Of a DNA stretch of 64,000 bases, positions 37,327-47,051 are shown piece by piece. The stretch comes from Meiothermus sp. Lineage in GTDB: Bacteria; Deinococcota; Deinococci; Deinococcales; Thermaceae. Position 1 is the first letter of the stretch; each line of letters begins with the position of its first letter. Position numbers and translations under genes: made by a program. The stretch lies in assembly GCA_033762915.1 (NCBI GenBank), contig JANRLD010000107.1:1-64000 (forward strand). Direction: 5' to 3'. The notes beneath the pieces are model-generated. The model saw only the letters and a program-made list of their open reading frames with translations, was not told where the DNA came from and made no database searches.

Positions 37327-37539
37327 CTAGCGGATGCCTTTGCGGTTAGGGGCGGCTTGGAGTTGCTCGGCCATCTCCCGAAGCTGGGTGCTGAGGTCTT
37401 CCAGGCGGCTGAAGTACAACCGCCGGCCGGTGTGGGTCTCCTCGAGGCTGGCCCGCACGCCCTGATCGGACTCGAGCCACAGGTGCACCACCAGCGAGGT
37501 TCGGCGGGACGGCTTGGCGGTTAGGGTGGTCTGGCTCAT
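37327..37539 (-). CDS. Small conserved protein, paralog of 28296-28517
   Basis: AGGAGG RBS, SLVVHLW...RASLEE.HTG.R.YFSRLEDL. Confidence 0.75.
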   Translation of the reverse strand: MSQTTLTAKPSRRTSLVVHLWLESDQGVRASLEETHTGRRLYFSRLEDLSTQLREMAEQLQAAPNRKGIR

Positions 37540-37591
37540 GGGTTCCTCCTGCGTTTGGTCGGTGTCGGCACACTTCGCCACTGCCTGGCCA

Positions 37592-37624
37592 AGGGTACCG
37601 AAAGCGCCGTGGCCTGGGCGTGGC
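37592..37624 (-). promoter_or_regulatory. Putative SARP-activated promoter (GCCACGC-N4-GCCACGG-N9-TACCCT)
   Basis: Same geometry as the other three copies. Confidence 0.7.
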
Positions 37625-37893
37625 CCAGCGGGGCAACCTGCAGGGGCGAACCCCACCGCGATGCCTGGCGGCGAACCACGCGGCCACTGCCCCAGGCCCG
37701 CCGTGCACCAAAGAGGGGCCAGGTACAAACCCCCAAGGCGGAGTTCAGGAGCGGTTGCGGCCGCTGGTGGAACACCGGCCTGCGGGGGTGGACTGGTCCG
37801 GGCGGAACGCGTGTGGCCCTCGAGCCCACCCGGCAAAAGAGCCGCGACGCTCGACCGGCGTCTCTCGGCCCGGGCTTCAGCACCCGCTCCCGG

Positions 37894-40800
37894 CTACCGA
37901 ACCGCCTCGCGCCGCATGCCTAAGGTCTTGAGCTCGATGCCCTGCCCGCGCAAGGCCGCGAGGTCGGCCTCGAGGGTGCGAACCGAGACCCCCAGCACCT
38001 CGGCCAACTCGCTTTGCATGGGGACGGCCCCTTGGGCGGCAGCCTCCAGCACCAGCCGCCTTAGGCGGTGCTGGCGCAGCCCCACCTTGCCATCTTGCGA
38101 AAAGTGCTGCTTGTCCGAGGCTTCACTGTCCAGCGTCCAGACCAGCGGGATTTTGCTCGAGCCGTCGGCCGAGGTAAGTTCTACCGTGGCGGTTTCAACG
38201 GTTTGTTGCTTCCACAGCTCGAGCACCGCTTTGGGGTAGTGGCTCTGGAGAAAATCCTGGCGGTGTTGGGCGTCTTTGAAGTTGGCCGCAAAGGCCAGTG
38301 TAACCAGCCGTGCGGCCTCGAGGTCGGTGGCTTGGCCTTCGACCAAGAAACGCACGTAGTGCCACCAGATAAGCCCAAAAGCCCTGCCCAGGGCGGCTTT
38401 GTGCGGTGTGGCTTGGGCCAACAGGGCTCTGGCCTCGGCCGGCAAACCCGCAAACCAGGCCATCTCGGCGGCAAACACTTGCAGGAGAACCTGGTTGGCC
38501 GGATTATTGGCAAAGACCTGGATGTTGGTCAGGAGGTAGCCGTAGCCCTCGAGGTAGCGCGACTGCGCCCGGCGAACCACCGCCATCACCGTACGGGCTT
38601 TAACCTCCCCGTCGCCCTTTCCCTGCCCTTCTACCGCCGCCATCACCGGTTGCATCAGGGCCTCGGCCTCGGCGGGACGCTCCAAAAAGGCCAGCAACTC
38701 GGCCAAGGTCGAGAGGTAATAGGCCGTACGGTTGGGGTCGAGTTGGCCTTGACGTACCTGGGCCAGATCGGCCATTTCCTCGGCCCAAGCCAGGGCTTCC
38801 CGGTACTGCCCGGTCATTTTTTGAACCAGGGTCAGGTTCTGTAGGGCCAGCGAAAGACTGACAGTGTTGCCCACGATCCGGCTGGCCTCGATCTGACGCT
38901 TGAAGGCCTCGGCGGCCTCTTCATAGCGGTCTTGGAACAAGTACAGCAGACCCCGATTGGAGTGCAGCGAAAGCTCGAACCCCGCCAGTTCGGGATGCTG
39001 GTTGAAGAGGGTTTCGGCCTGGTTGAGAGACTGCTCGAGGGCGCTCAGGTTTTTCTGCCGCCCGTAGCAGGTCATTAGCGCGTTAAGGGCCCCGAAGCGA
39101 AGTCGGCTGGCCAGGCCGTAGCTCGAGGCGAGAAGCTGAGCCCGCTCGGCCAGGGGTAGGGCAGACACCGGATCAACGAACCGTCCCGCCAGGGTGAGTG
39201 CGATGGTGTTGAGCATCTGTACTTCGTGCTCTAGGTTGCCGCTGTTCTTGGCCTCGGCCAGCGCCGATTCAGCAGCGGTGCGGTATCCCGATACATCCCC
39301 CTTGGCGGTAATCGCCTTTAGCCTCAGCAGATGGGCATCAAAGACCAACTCGTCGAGTCCGGCCCGGCGGGCGGCGGCCTCGAGTTCATCGAGCTGATCC
39401 AGCACTTCGCTGCTGGGGTTTCGGGTATAGCGGAGGTGCTGTTGGAGTAGGCGCAGTTGCAGTGCCTCCGCCGATGCTTGGGCAGAATCGGGCAGGTGCT
39501 GTTGCGCCTGCTCTAGGTATCGGTCGGCCTGTGGCAACGAATCATGGCTGAGGGCCTCTCGAGCCGCCCGCAGGTACAACGTGGTACAAGCCTCCAACAT
39601 CCCGGCTTCGCGGGCGTGGAGGGCTAGGGTGGCGCTGGGTTCTGTACCGTTCGATAAGGCCTTAAGCGCTTTGCCATGCCAGGTCTGCCGCCGCTCCGAG
39701 CCCATCCCCTGGTAAATCAGCGAGCGAATCAGGTCGTGTTGAAAGCACAGCTTAGTGTCTTCCTGGTGTAGCAGACGGGCCTCGAGCAACTTCTGTACCG
39801 GCGGCACAAAGTCCAGCATGGCTGCCCAAACTGCACCATCAAACGCGTTTCCCAACACGCTGGCGGCCTCGAGGGCTTGCCTTGAGCGCTCATCCAGCCG
39901 CTCGAAGCGCTGGCGCAGCAGCCCCTCGAGGTGCTCTGCCGAGCCGCTGCCCCGCAGCAGTTCGCCCAGCACCAACGGGTTGCCACTGCTCAGGCGGTAG
40001 AGGTGCTCGAGTTGGTTTTTGTCTAGGGTTTTGCCCAAGCTCTTGGCCAGGGTTTCGCACTCCTCGAGACTCAGGCCAGAAAGCTCGAGATGCAGCACCG
40101 ACCCCTCGCGCTGCAGGTTGGAAAGCGCCTCGAGGGCGAAGGGTTCGCCGTGTAGCTCCTGGCTGCGATGGGCTAGCACCAGCAGAAGCTGCTGCTGGCG
40201 GGCCAACCGCGCCAGCACCGGCAACAAAGCCCAGAACAGGTCGCCTGCCCATTGCAGGTCATCGAGCAACAGCACCACAGGCTCGTCCAGCTTGAGCAGC
40301 CAGCGTTCTAGGGCCGCACCCACCGCGCTGGAAGACGAGCTTAGGGCACGGTCGGGGGCAGCCTCGAGCAGTGGCCTGAGGGTCTCGCGCATCAGCGGCG
40401 AGGCCACTTCCAGCAGCAGACCGGCCTCACGCATGGCGGCGTCGAGGGGGGCATAGGGGGTCTCGTGTTGTTCGCTGGCGGCCCCACGCAACACCGCCAG
40501 GCGGTGCCACCGGGCCAGTTGCGCTGCTTCCTCTAGTAGCCGGGTTTTGCCCAGCCCCGGTTCGCCCTCCAGCAGCATGATCCCACCCTGTCCAGCCCGC
40601 AACTCCTCCAACCGGTCGGCAAAGGCCCGCAGTTCCTTAGTGCGCCCCACCAGCGAGCGGTAGCTCTGGTCGCTGGGCCGCAGGCTGTGCACAAAGGCTT
40701 GGGTCTCGCGCCGGGGCATCAGGTTCAGTTCGCGCTCCAGGGTTTGCTTAAGGGCTTCGTACTGCGCCAGGGCGTCTGCAGTGCGGTTCTGAGCGGCATA

Positions 40801-41361
40801 GAGGCGAATCAAGGCGGTGTGGGCTTCTTCGGAAAGGGGGTCGGCGGCCACCCAGCGCTGGGCCAACCGGAGGGCCGTTGGGGCATCGTTGATGCCTGCA
40901 AAGTGATCGAAGGCTTTGTGCAGGCCACGCAAAAACAACTCGCGTAGCTCGGTACGCCACTCCTCGAGCCAGGCCACGTCGCTATCTTCGAGCAAGTCGC
41001 CCCGGTACATCTCCAATGCCGCCAGCCAGTGCTGGGGATCGGTGCTTTGGATTTGCTGACCGAACCGTGCGGTATCCAGGCTCAGGTGCTTTAGCCCGAG
41101 GGTACGGGCATCGCCCACCAGGTGGGGCTCGAGTTGGGGAAAGTCGCGCTTTAGGCGGAAGAGCGTGTTGGTCAGTCGGCGGCGGGCCTGGTCGTCGTCC
41201 TCGTCGGGCCAGAGGGCGCGGGCCAGACGCACTCGAGTGGGCAGACCATCCGCCCGCCCGTGCAGCGCCAGCCAGGCCAGCACCAGCGCCCCGTACCCCA
41301 GAACCGGATGCTCTTGGCCCAACACCACCAGCCGTGGCTGACCCAGTAAATGCAGTTGCAC
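37894..41361 (-). CDS. SARP/BTAD - STAND ATPase - TPR - DUF1670-like HTH protein
   Basis: GEPGLGKT, LLDDLQWA, SGNPL, C-terminal RLRRLVLEAAAQG...LAEVLGVSVRTLEADL, leaderless CATACT-N7-GTG. Confidence 0.9.
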   Translation of the reverse strand: MQLHLLGQPRLVVLGQEHPVLGYGALVLAWLALHGRADGLPTRVRLARALWPDEDDDQARRRLTNTLFRLKRDFPQLEPHLVGDARTLGLKHLSLDTARFGQQIQSTDPQHWLAALEMYRGDLLEDSDVAWLEEWRTELRELFLRGLHKAFDHFAGINDAPTALRLAQRWVAADPLSEEAHTALIRLYAAQNRTADALAQYEALKQTLERELNLMPRRETQAFVHSLRPSDQSYRSLVGRTKELRAFADRLEELRAGQGGIMLLEGEPGLGKTRLLEEAAQLARWHRLAVLRGAASEQHETPYAPLDAAMREAGLLLEVASPLMRETLRPLLEAAPDRALSSSSSAVGAALERWLLKLDEPVVLLLDDLQWAGDLFWALLPVLARLARQQQLLLVLAHRSQELHGEPFALEALSNLQREGSVLHLELSGLSLEECETLAKSLGKTLDKNQLEHLYRLSSGNPLVLGELLRGSGSAEHLEGLLRQRFERLDERSRQALEAASVLGNAFDGAVWAAMLDFVPPVQKLLEARLLHQEDTKLCFQHDLIRSLIYQGMGSERRQTWHGKALKALSNGTEPSATLALHAREAGMLEACTTLYLRAAREALSHDSLPQADRYLEQAQQHLPDSAQASAEALQLRLLQQHLRYTRNPSSEVLDQLDELEAAARRAGLDELVFDAHLLRLKAITAKGDVSGYRTAAESALAEAKNSGNLEHEVQMLNTIALTLAGRFVDPVSALPLAERAQLLASSYGLASRLRFGALNALMTCYGRQKNLSALEQSLNQAETLFNQHPELAGFELSLHSNRGLLYLFQDRYEEAAEAFKRQIEASRIVGNTVSLSLALQNLTLVQKMTGQYREALAWAEEMADLAQVRQGQLDPNRTAYYLSTLAELLAFLERPAEAEALMQPVMAAVEGQGKGDGEVKARTVMAVVRRAQSRYLEGYGYLLTNIQVFANNPANQVLLQVFAAEMAWFAGLPAEARALLAQATPHKAALGRAFGLIWWHYVRFLVEGQATDLEAARLVTLAFAANFKDAQHRQDFLQSHYPKAVLELWKQQTVETATVELTSADGSSKIPLVWTLDSEASDKQHFSQDGKVGLRQHRLRRLVLEAAAQGAVPMQSELAEVLGVSVRTLEADLAALRGQGIELKTLGMRREAVR

Positions 41362-41519
41362 GCCCTACAGTATGGCACCGGGCGGCTCAAAATTGCTGGG
41401 GGTTTAAGGGCTTCTCAAGTCAAACGCCAAAATGCCTCGCCGAAACGCCCGCAGGGAGTGTGCCAGGGACGCATTTACCGTACCCGCCAGGTTCGCACTT
41501 CTACCCTGGAGCAACTCAT

Positions 41520-41609
41520 CGCATTTTCCAGCATTACCTCCCTCGCGGCGGCAAGTAATGTGCTTCCTGCAGCGGGTTTTGCTGCAGGGCGTATGCGTGG
41601 GAACCGCTC
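41520..41609 (-). repeat. Three-way-junction element copy
   Basis: GAGCGGTTCCCACGCATACGCCCTGCAGC..GCTGCAGGAAGCACATTACTT..AGGTAATG directly after the stop codon. Confidence 0.75.
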
Positions 41610-44600
41610 TCAGTGGGCTATCTCACGCCGCATGCCCAGGGTTTTGAGCTCAATGCCCTGCTCACGTAAGGCTGCGAGGTCGGCCTCGAGGGTGCGCAGG
41701 GTGACCCCCAGGGCCTCGGCAAGATCGGCCTGGGTGGGCACGGCCCCCTGCACGGCGGCCTCGAGTACCAGCCGTCGAATGCGGTGATGGCGTAGACCCA
41801 CCTTTCCTCCCTCGGCAAAGCGCTGCTTGTCTGAGGCTCCGCTGCAAAGCGTCCAGACCACCGAGACCTTACTCGAGCCGTCCGATGCCGGGAGTAGGGC
41901 GGTGAGGGTCTGGAGGTCTTGCCGCTGCCAGTGCTCACAGACCGTCCGGTGGTGCGGAATTTCGAGCAGAATACTGTTGCGGAAGGAGGGATTGCGAACC
42001 TTGCCAGCCGCCGAGAAGAGGATCTGCCGGGCCTCCTCGAGGCTGGCCGGTTTTTCGTGCAAGAGGTAGTCCACCAGATGCCACAAGACCGACTTGCCCC
42101 GGGCTTCGGGTGAGTTCTGCAAGGCCTCGAACCGCTCGAGGCAGGCCTCGGACTCGGCCCTGTTGCCCGCAAGGCAGGCCGCGTGCGCTGCGTGCAAGAA
42201 CCACGACTGCGAGGCCCTGGGGTTGTCGCGCAGTCGGATAGCGGCCATGTAGGCGGCATAGCTCTCGGCGTAGGCGCACCGGGCGAGGTGGAGCTGGCCC
42301 AGCGCCTCCCAAGAACTCACCGCACCTGGGCCAGTGCCGCCCTGCAAAAGCCAGTCCATGATGGGCCGCAAGACCTGCTCGGCCTCTGCGGTCTGACCCA
42401 GCAGGGCGTGAAGCGAGGCCAGCCGCGCGAGGTGGGTGGCCAGCATGTGGGGTTCCACGTTCTGGGTGTGGGCTTGCGCCCGCTCGGCCAGCTCCTCGGC
42501 CCAGACCAGGGCGGCGCGGTACTGCCCTAACTGCTTCAGGGTTGAGATCAGGTTCTGCAGCGTCGCTGAGACGCCGTAGGGGTTGCCCATGGTTCGGTGC
42601 ATCTCGAGTTCGGCCTCGCGCAGCGGCAGCGCGTCCTCGTCGCGGCCTTCGTTGGTGGCGATGAAGTGCTCGAAGAACAGCGCCCGGTAGCGCAGCAGTT
42701 CCAGCTCGGGGTGCTTCTCTAGGAGGCCTTTCAGCCGCTCGAGGTAGGGCCTGGCCAGATCGTTGTGGTTCTGCCTGAGATGACAGATCATCACCGTGCA
42801 GAGCGCCTCGAAGTGCATGCCGGGGGCGACTTGGCTGGTGTCGCACAGGCTCAGCGCCCGGAGGGCCAGCGGCAGCGCAGCGTCGGCCTTGTAGAAGGTG
42901 TTGGCGCTCTTAAGCGCGACGATGTGGGTAGCCTCGATCTCGAGTCTGGGGTCGCCGACTTGCCTGGCCAGCTCGAGCATCTTCCCGCTGGCCTCGTTGA
43001 AGCCCTGGGCATCCCCCCTGGACTCGTAGGCCGCGATCTTCAGCCCGAACAGCGAGGCCACGATGTCGTAGCGACCCTCCGCCAAAGCCAGCTGCTCGAG
43101 GTGCTCTACTTCCTCGAGATATCCGGTTGAAAGACGCATCTCATCGTTCAACTTGAGCTGAACGATTCGGGCACGAAACAGGCTGCCGTCGAAGCGGTTG
43201 GGATCAAATGGCCGAATGCCAAACACCCGCTCAACGTACTTCTTGGCCTCGCGAGACGAGCCCAGTTTGAGGGCTTCCTCACCCGCCTGACACAGGTAGG
43301 CAATGGCCTCCGGGGCGCGACCGGCGGCCTCGGCGTGGAAGGCCAGGTTGGCGGCTCGAGCATAGGGCTTGAGCACCTCGAAGGCTTTGGAGTGCCAGGC
43401 CTTGCGGGTGGCCTCGCTCATCTGCTGGTAGATGAACACGCGCATGAGGTCGTGCTGAAAAGACAGCCCGTGCGCGGTTTGGAGCACAAACCGCGACTCC
43501 TCCAGGGCCAGCGCCGGCAACTCGGCCTCTATCATCGCCTCCCAGATCATCCGGCTGGGGCTGGTACCCAGCACAGACCCTGCCTCCAAGGCCCGGCGCA
43601 GGTGGGGCTTGAGCTGCGCGAGGCGGGTTTGCAGGAGGCCTTCGAGGTGTCCGTCGGCGCTCTGGCCCGAGAGCAGCTCGAGATAGACCAGCGGGTTGCC
43701 GCCGCTGAGGCGGTAGAGGCGGTCTAGCTCGGCGGCGTCTAGGGTTTTCCCAAAGCCTTTGGCCATTGCTGCGCATTCTTCAAGGTTCAGGCGAGCGAGC
43801 TCGAGGTGCAACACCGCGCCCTCGCGGCGCAGGTTACCGAGGGCCTCGAGGGCGAACGGCTCGCTATGCAGCTCGTGGCTGCGGTAGCTGAGCACCAGCA
43901 GCACCTGCTGCTGTCGCGCCAGCCGCCCCAGCACCGGCAGCAAGGCCCAAAACAGGTCGCCCGCCCACTGCGCGTCGTCGAGCAGCAGGGCCAGCGGCTC
44001 GCCCAGCCTGTGCAGCCAGCGCTCGAGGGCCGCCCCCACGGCGCTCGACGAGGAGTTGAGGGCAGTCTCGGGACCGGCCTCGAGCAGCGGCCTGAGGGTC
44101 TCGCGGATCAGGGGCGAGGCGGCCTCGAGCAGGCTGGGCGAGCCTTGCAGGGCCAGGTCGAGGGGGGCGTAGGGGGTCTGGTGCTGCTGGCTGGCCGTGC
44201 CGCGCAGCACCGCCAGACGGTGCCACCGGGCCAGTTGCGCTGCCTCCTCCAGGAGCCGCGACTTGCCCACGCCCGGCTCGCCTTCCAGCAGCACGATGCC
44301 GCCCCTGCCTGCCTTGAGTGCTGCGAGCTGATCGGCGAGGGCCCGCAGCTCGTTGGTGCGCCCGACCAGGGGGCGGTAACTTTGGTCGCCGGGGCGCAGG
44401 CTGCGGGCGAAGGCCTGGGTCTGGGGGCGGGGCATGGTGCCCAGCTCGCGCTCCAGGGTCTGCTCGAGGGTCTGGTACTGCGCCAGGGCCTCGGCACTGC
44501 GCCCCTGGGCGGCATAGAGGCGGATCAGGGCGGTGTGCGCCTCTTCGGAGAGGGGGTCGGCGGATACCCAGCGCTGGGCGGTGCGGGTGGCGGCGGCGGG

Positions 44601-45071
44601 GTCGGCGTTCTGATGCTCGAGCAGCCTCTGCAGCCCGATCAGGAACAGCTCGCGCAGGTCGGCCCGCCACTCCTCGAGCCAGGGCGCGTCGCTGTCCTCG
44701 AGCAGGTCACCGCTGTACAGCTCGAGGGCCTCTAGCCAGCCAGCGGGGTCGGAACCGCGCATCTTCTGGCCGAAAGCCACAGTATCCAGTTCGACACCGC
44801 CCAGCCCCAGGGTGTGGGCGTCCCCGATGAGGCGACCCTCGAGTTCAGGGAAGTCGCGCTTGAGGCGGTAGAGGGTGTTGGTCAGGCGGCGGCGGGCTTG
44901 GTCGTCGTCTTCGTCGGGCCAGAGGGCGCGGGCCAGGCGCAGCCTCGAGGGCAGGGCGTCGGCCCTCTGATGCAGGGCCAGCCAGGCCAGCACCAGGGCC
45001 CCGTAACCCAGTACGGGCCGGCCCTCGCCCAGCGAGACCACTCGAGGCTGACCCAGCAGATGCAAACGCAC
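41610..45071 (-). CDS. SARP/BTAD - STAND ATPase - TPR - DUF1670-like HTH protein, tandem paralog
   Basis: GEPGVGKS, LLDDAQWA, same C-terminus. Start reassigned to GTG 45071 by alignment with the paralog. Confidence 0.9.
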   Translation of the reverse strand: MRLHLLGQPRVVSLGEGRPVLGYGALVLAWLALHQRADALPSRLRLARALWPDEDDDQARRRLTNTLYRLKRDFPELEGRLIGDAHTLGLGGVELDTVAFGQKMRGSDPAGWLEALELYSGDLLEDSDAPWLEEWRADLRELFLIGLQRLLEHQNADPAAATRTAQRWVSADPLSEEAHTALIRLYAAQGRSAEALAQYQTLEQTLERELGTMPRPQTQAFARSLRPGDQSYRPLVGRTNELRALADQLAALKAGRGGIVLLEGEPGVGKSRLLEEAAQLARWHRLAVLRGTASQQHQTPYAPLDLALQGSPSLLEAASPLIRETLRPLLEAGPETALNSSSSAVGAALERWLHRLGEPLALLLDDAQWAGDLFWALLPVLGRLARQQQVLLVLSYRSHELHSEPFALEALGNLRREGAVLHLELARLNLEECAAMAKGFGKTLDAAELDRLYRLSGGNPLVYLELLSGQSADGHLEGLLQTRLAQLKPHLRRALEAGSVLGTSPSRMIWEAMIEAELPALALEESRFVLQTAHGLSFQHDLMRVFIYQQMSEATRKAWHSKAFEVLKPYARAANLAFHAEAAGRAPEAIAYLCQAGEEALKLGSSREAKKYVERVFGIRPFDPNRFDGSLFRARIVQLKLNDEMRLSTGYLEEVEHLEQLALAEGRYDIVASLFGLKIAAYESRGDAQGFNEASGKMLELARQVGDPRLEIEATHIVALKSANTFYKADAALPLALRALSLCDTSQVAPGMHFEALCTVMICHLRQNHNDLARPYLERLKGLLEKHPELELLRYRALFFEHFIATNEGRDEDALPLREAELEMHRTMGNPYGVSATLQNLISTLKQLGQYRAALVWAEELAERAQAHTQNVEPHMLATHLARLASLHALLGQTAEAEQVLRPIMDWLLQGGTGPGAVSSWEALGQLHLARCAYAESYAAYMAAIRLRDNPRASQSWFLHAAHAACLAGNRAESEACLERFEALQNSPEARGKSVLWHLVDYLLHEKPASLEEARQILFSAAGKVRNPSFRNSILLEIPHHRTVCEHWQRQDLQTLTALLPASDGSSKVSVVWTLCSGASDKQRFAEGGKVGLRHHRIRRLVLEAAVQGAVPTQADLAEALGVTLRTLEADLAALREQGIELKTLGMRREIAH

Positions 45072-45295
45072 GGGGAATAGTATTGCACCTCCCCTCCCAT
45101 TCCAAAGTGCGATTTGGGCCGAAGTAAAGCCTTTGTGACCAAGTCTGCCGCCCAGTGGAAACAATGAGGGCATAATTTCGATGTTCCAATCTTCAGGTGC
45201 GAGGGGGATAAACACAGGCTTCGGAGCACTGTGGGCATAGACCACCCTACCTGTATGACTGATGTTTCGTTATTACATGCAGCAGGGAGCTTTTA

Positions 45296-46240
45296 CTATT
45301 CAGGGTAGGCGAAACTGAGTCTGAACTTTTTACCTAAACTCTCTCCCCAGCGAGGATGCAACTTTCCCTCGGTGGAATACCTAACTGCCCATTTAATCTC
45401 TTGCTTTATCTGATACGCCAAATAATAGGCATACGCGGGAACTACATTGTCTAAAGTTTTTCGATCCAGCTTTTTGTTTTCAATGAGAGACTCTAAAGAC
45501 GCTGGCATTCCGTCATGTCCAGTCATCCATATTTGAACACGAATGATGGAGTGGGTGGTTTCGATGATAATCAGACGCTTTAATTCTTTTCCCTTACCTG
45601 AAGTTGGCTGGATTTGCTTTCTATACACCTTTAGGCCAGTTGGCCCTAAAACATCTACTGGTTGTACGCTGAATAGCTTGTTATTAGGAAAACTGCTTTC
45701 ATTAATGGTTACTCTGCTGATCATCTTTTTAGTGGTTAGTGGCGTAGCTTCTTCGCTTATTGCGCCATTTGGAAAGCCACTAACAAATTCTTCGTTTAAC
45801 CATGATTCTTCGATCTTATGTAATTCTCCTATCCAATCAACGATTTTGTGCTCGAGGGAGTCCAAAATGCTCTCACTAGCCTCAGACCTTTCTAGGCCAG
45901 GCATTGTCCATAAACCATCCGAAGATATGAAATCAGTGATTCCTTTGCGGAAAACACCAGCAGAGTAATTTGGAGAACCACCAAGCCCCAAATGAAGGGG
46001 TCTGTTGTTATCTTTAATGACTACTATGTTTCCCTGATCCAAAAGAACAGGAGCGGGCCGATCAATATAAGCTGACTTAATACCCAAAAGTAGCGCTAAA
46101 ATTGCTGCTGCTGTCACTGGAGTCAGTATTTGCTGAAGCTCCGCTGCAAAACTATTTATAAATGCATATCCAAAGGCTATTAATGCGACAACTATGATCA
46201 CTAGCAGTAGGGCTATTGTCATACCTTTCTCCATGATCAA
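45296..46240 (-). CDS. Low-GC hypothetical membrane protein
   Basis: Two N-terminal TM helices, AT-rich relative to flanks. Confidence 0.7.
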   Translation of the reverse strand: MIMEKGMTIALLLVIIVVALIAFGYAFINSFAAELQQILTPVTAAAILALLLGIKSAYIDRPAPVLLDQGNIVVIKDNNRPLHLGLGGSPNYSAGVFRKGITDFISSDGLWTMPGLERSEASESILDSLEHKIVDWIGELHKIEESWLNEEFVSGFPNGAISEEATPLTTKKMISRVTINESSFPNNKLFSVQPVDVLGPTGLKVYRKQIQPTSGKGKELKRLIIIETTHSIIRVQIWMTGHDGMPASLESLIENKKLDRKTLDNVVPAYAYYLAYQIKQEIKWAVRYSTEGKLHPRWGESLGKKFRLSFAYPE

Positions 46241-46611
46241 ATCCTAATCAGGTTTATTCCACATTCTTCTCGATCAATGATAACTCAACCTAAACTCATT
46301 GGTGTGTTGATTTTCCGTCAGCTATTGCGAGCTAGTCAGGTAGGGAGGTCTGGTGCCACTTCGCCATACTAGACAAACTCGAGCCTTACCTAACTACTGA
46401 CACACGAGAGAAAACATCCTTCCTATAAAGTTACTTCGACCTCGAAAAAACCCCCGAGCCATCCAGGCCACAGCGTAGGATTGCCGCACTCGAGCCTCAT
46501 TTAGAGAACAGCTCGTTCCTGCTTCGACCAAAAGTAAAAACCCAACCCCCCCCAGCGCGGTATAATTCCCAGCTGACCCACCGTTCCGCCGACATCCAAG
46601 GAGAACCCCCT

Positions 46612-46899
46612 ATGGCAGCCTACGTGATCGCAGACATCGAAGTCGTGGATGTGGCCGGATACGAGGAATATAGGCAGAAGGCCCCCGCCACCATCGCCGC
46701 GTTCGGCGGTCGCTACCTGGCCCGAGGCGGGGCCACCGAGGTCCTCGAGGGCACCTGGTCGCCCAAGCGGTGCGTAATCCTCGAGTTTCCCAGCATGGCG
46801 GTGTTCAGGGAGTGGTGGGCCTCGCCGGAATATGGGGCCATCCGCCCTATCCGCGAGCGAACCACAAAATCAAGCCTCATCGTCACCGAAGGGCTTTGA
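46612..46899 (+). CDS. DUF1330 family protein
   Basis: FGGRYLARGG..EVLEG, ILEFPSM, SPEY. AAGGAG RBS, TATAAT upstream. Confidence 0.9.
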   Translation: MAAYVIADIEVVDVAGYEEYRQKAPATIAAFGGRYLARGGATEVLEGTWSPKRCVILEFPSMAVFREWWASPEYGAIRPIRERTTKSSLIVTEGL

Positions 46900-47051
46900 G
46901 GGCTTCGCGTCTGAATTGGTCGAGAGCGTTTGGCTCGAGGGAACCTGATACAGTACGTGAGGTAAAGCCAATTCCGACCCGGTGGGCGATTTGCAGGTAA
47001 ACCCCTATTCAGTCTGAGGTTTGTCACTTTGATCGATGAAGCGAAGACCCG

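Noticed and set aside
27450..37624. CRISPR-like repeats
   Set aside because: The repeats are dispersed promoter heptamers, not regularly spaced repeat-spacer units, and there are no cas genes.
46900..47051. Moco riboswitch before the molybdopterin oxidoreductase
   Set aside because: No convincing conserved motif or structure was seen.
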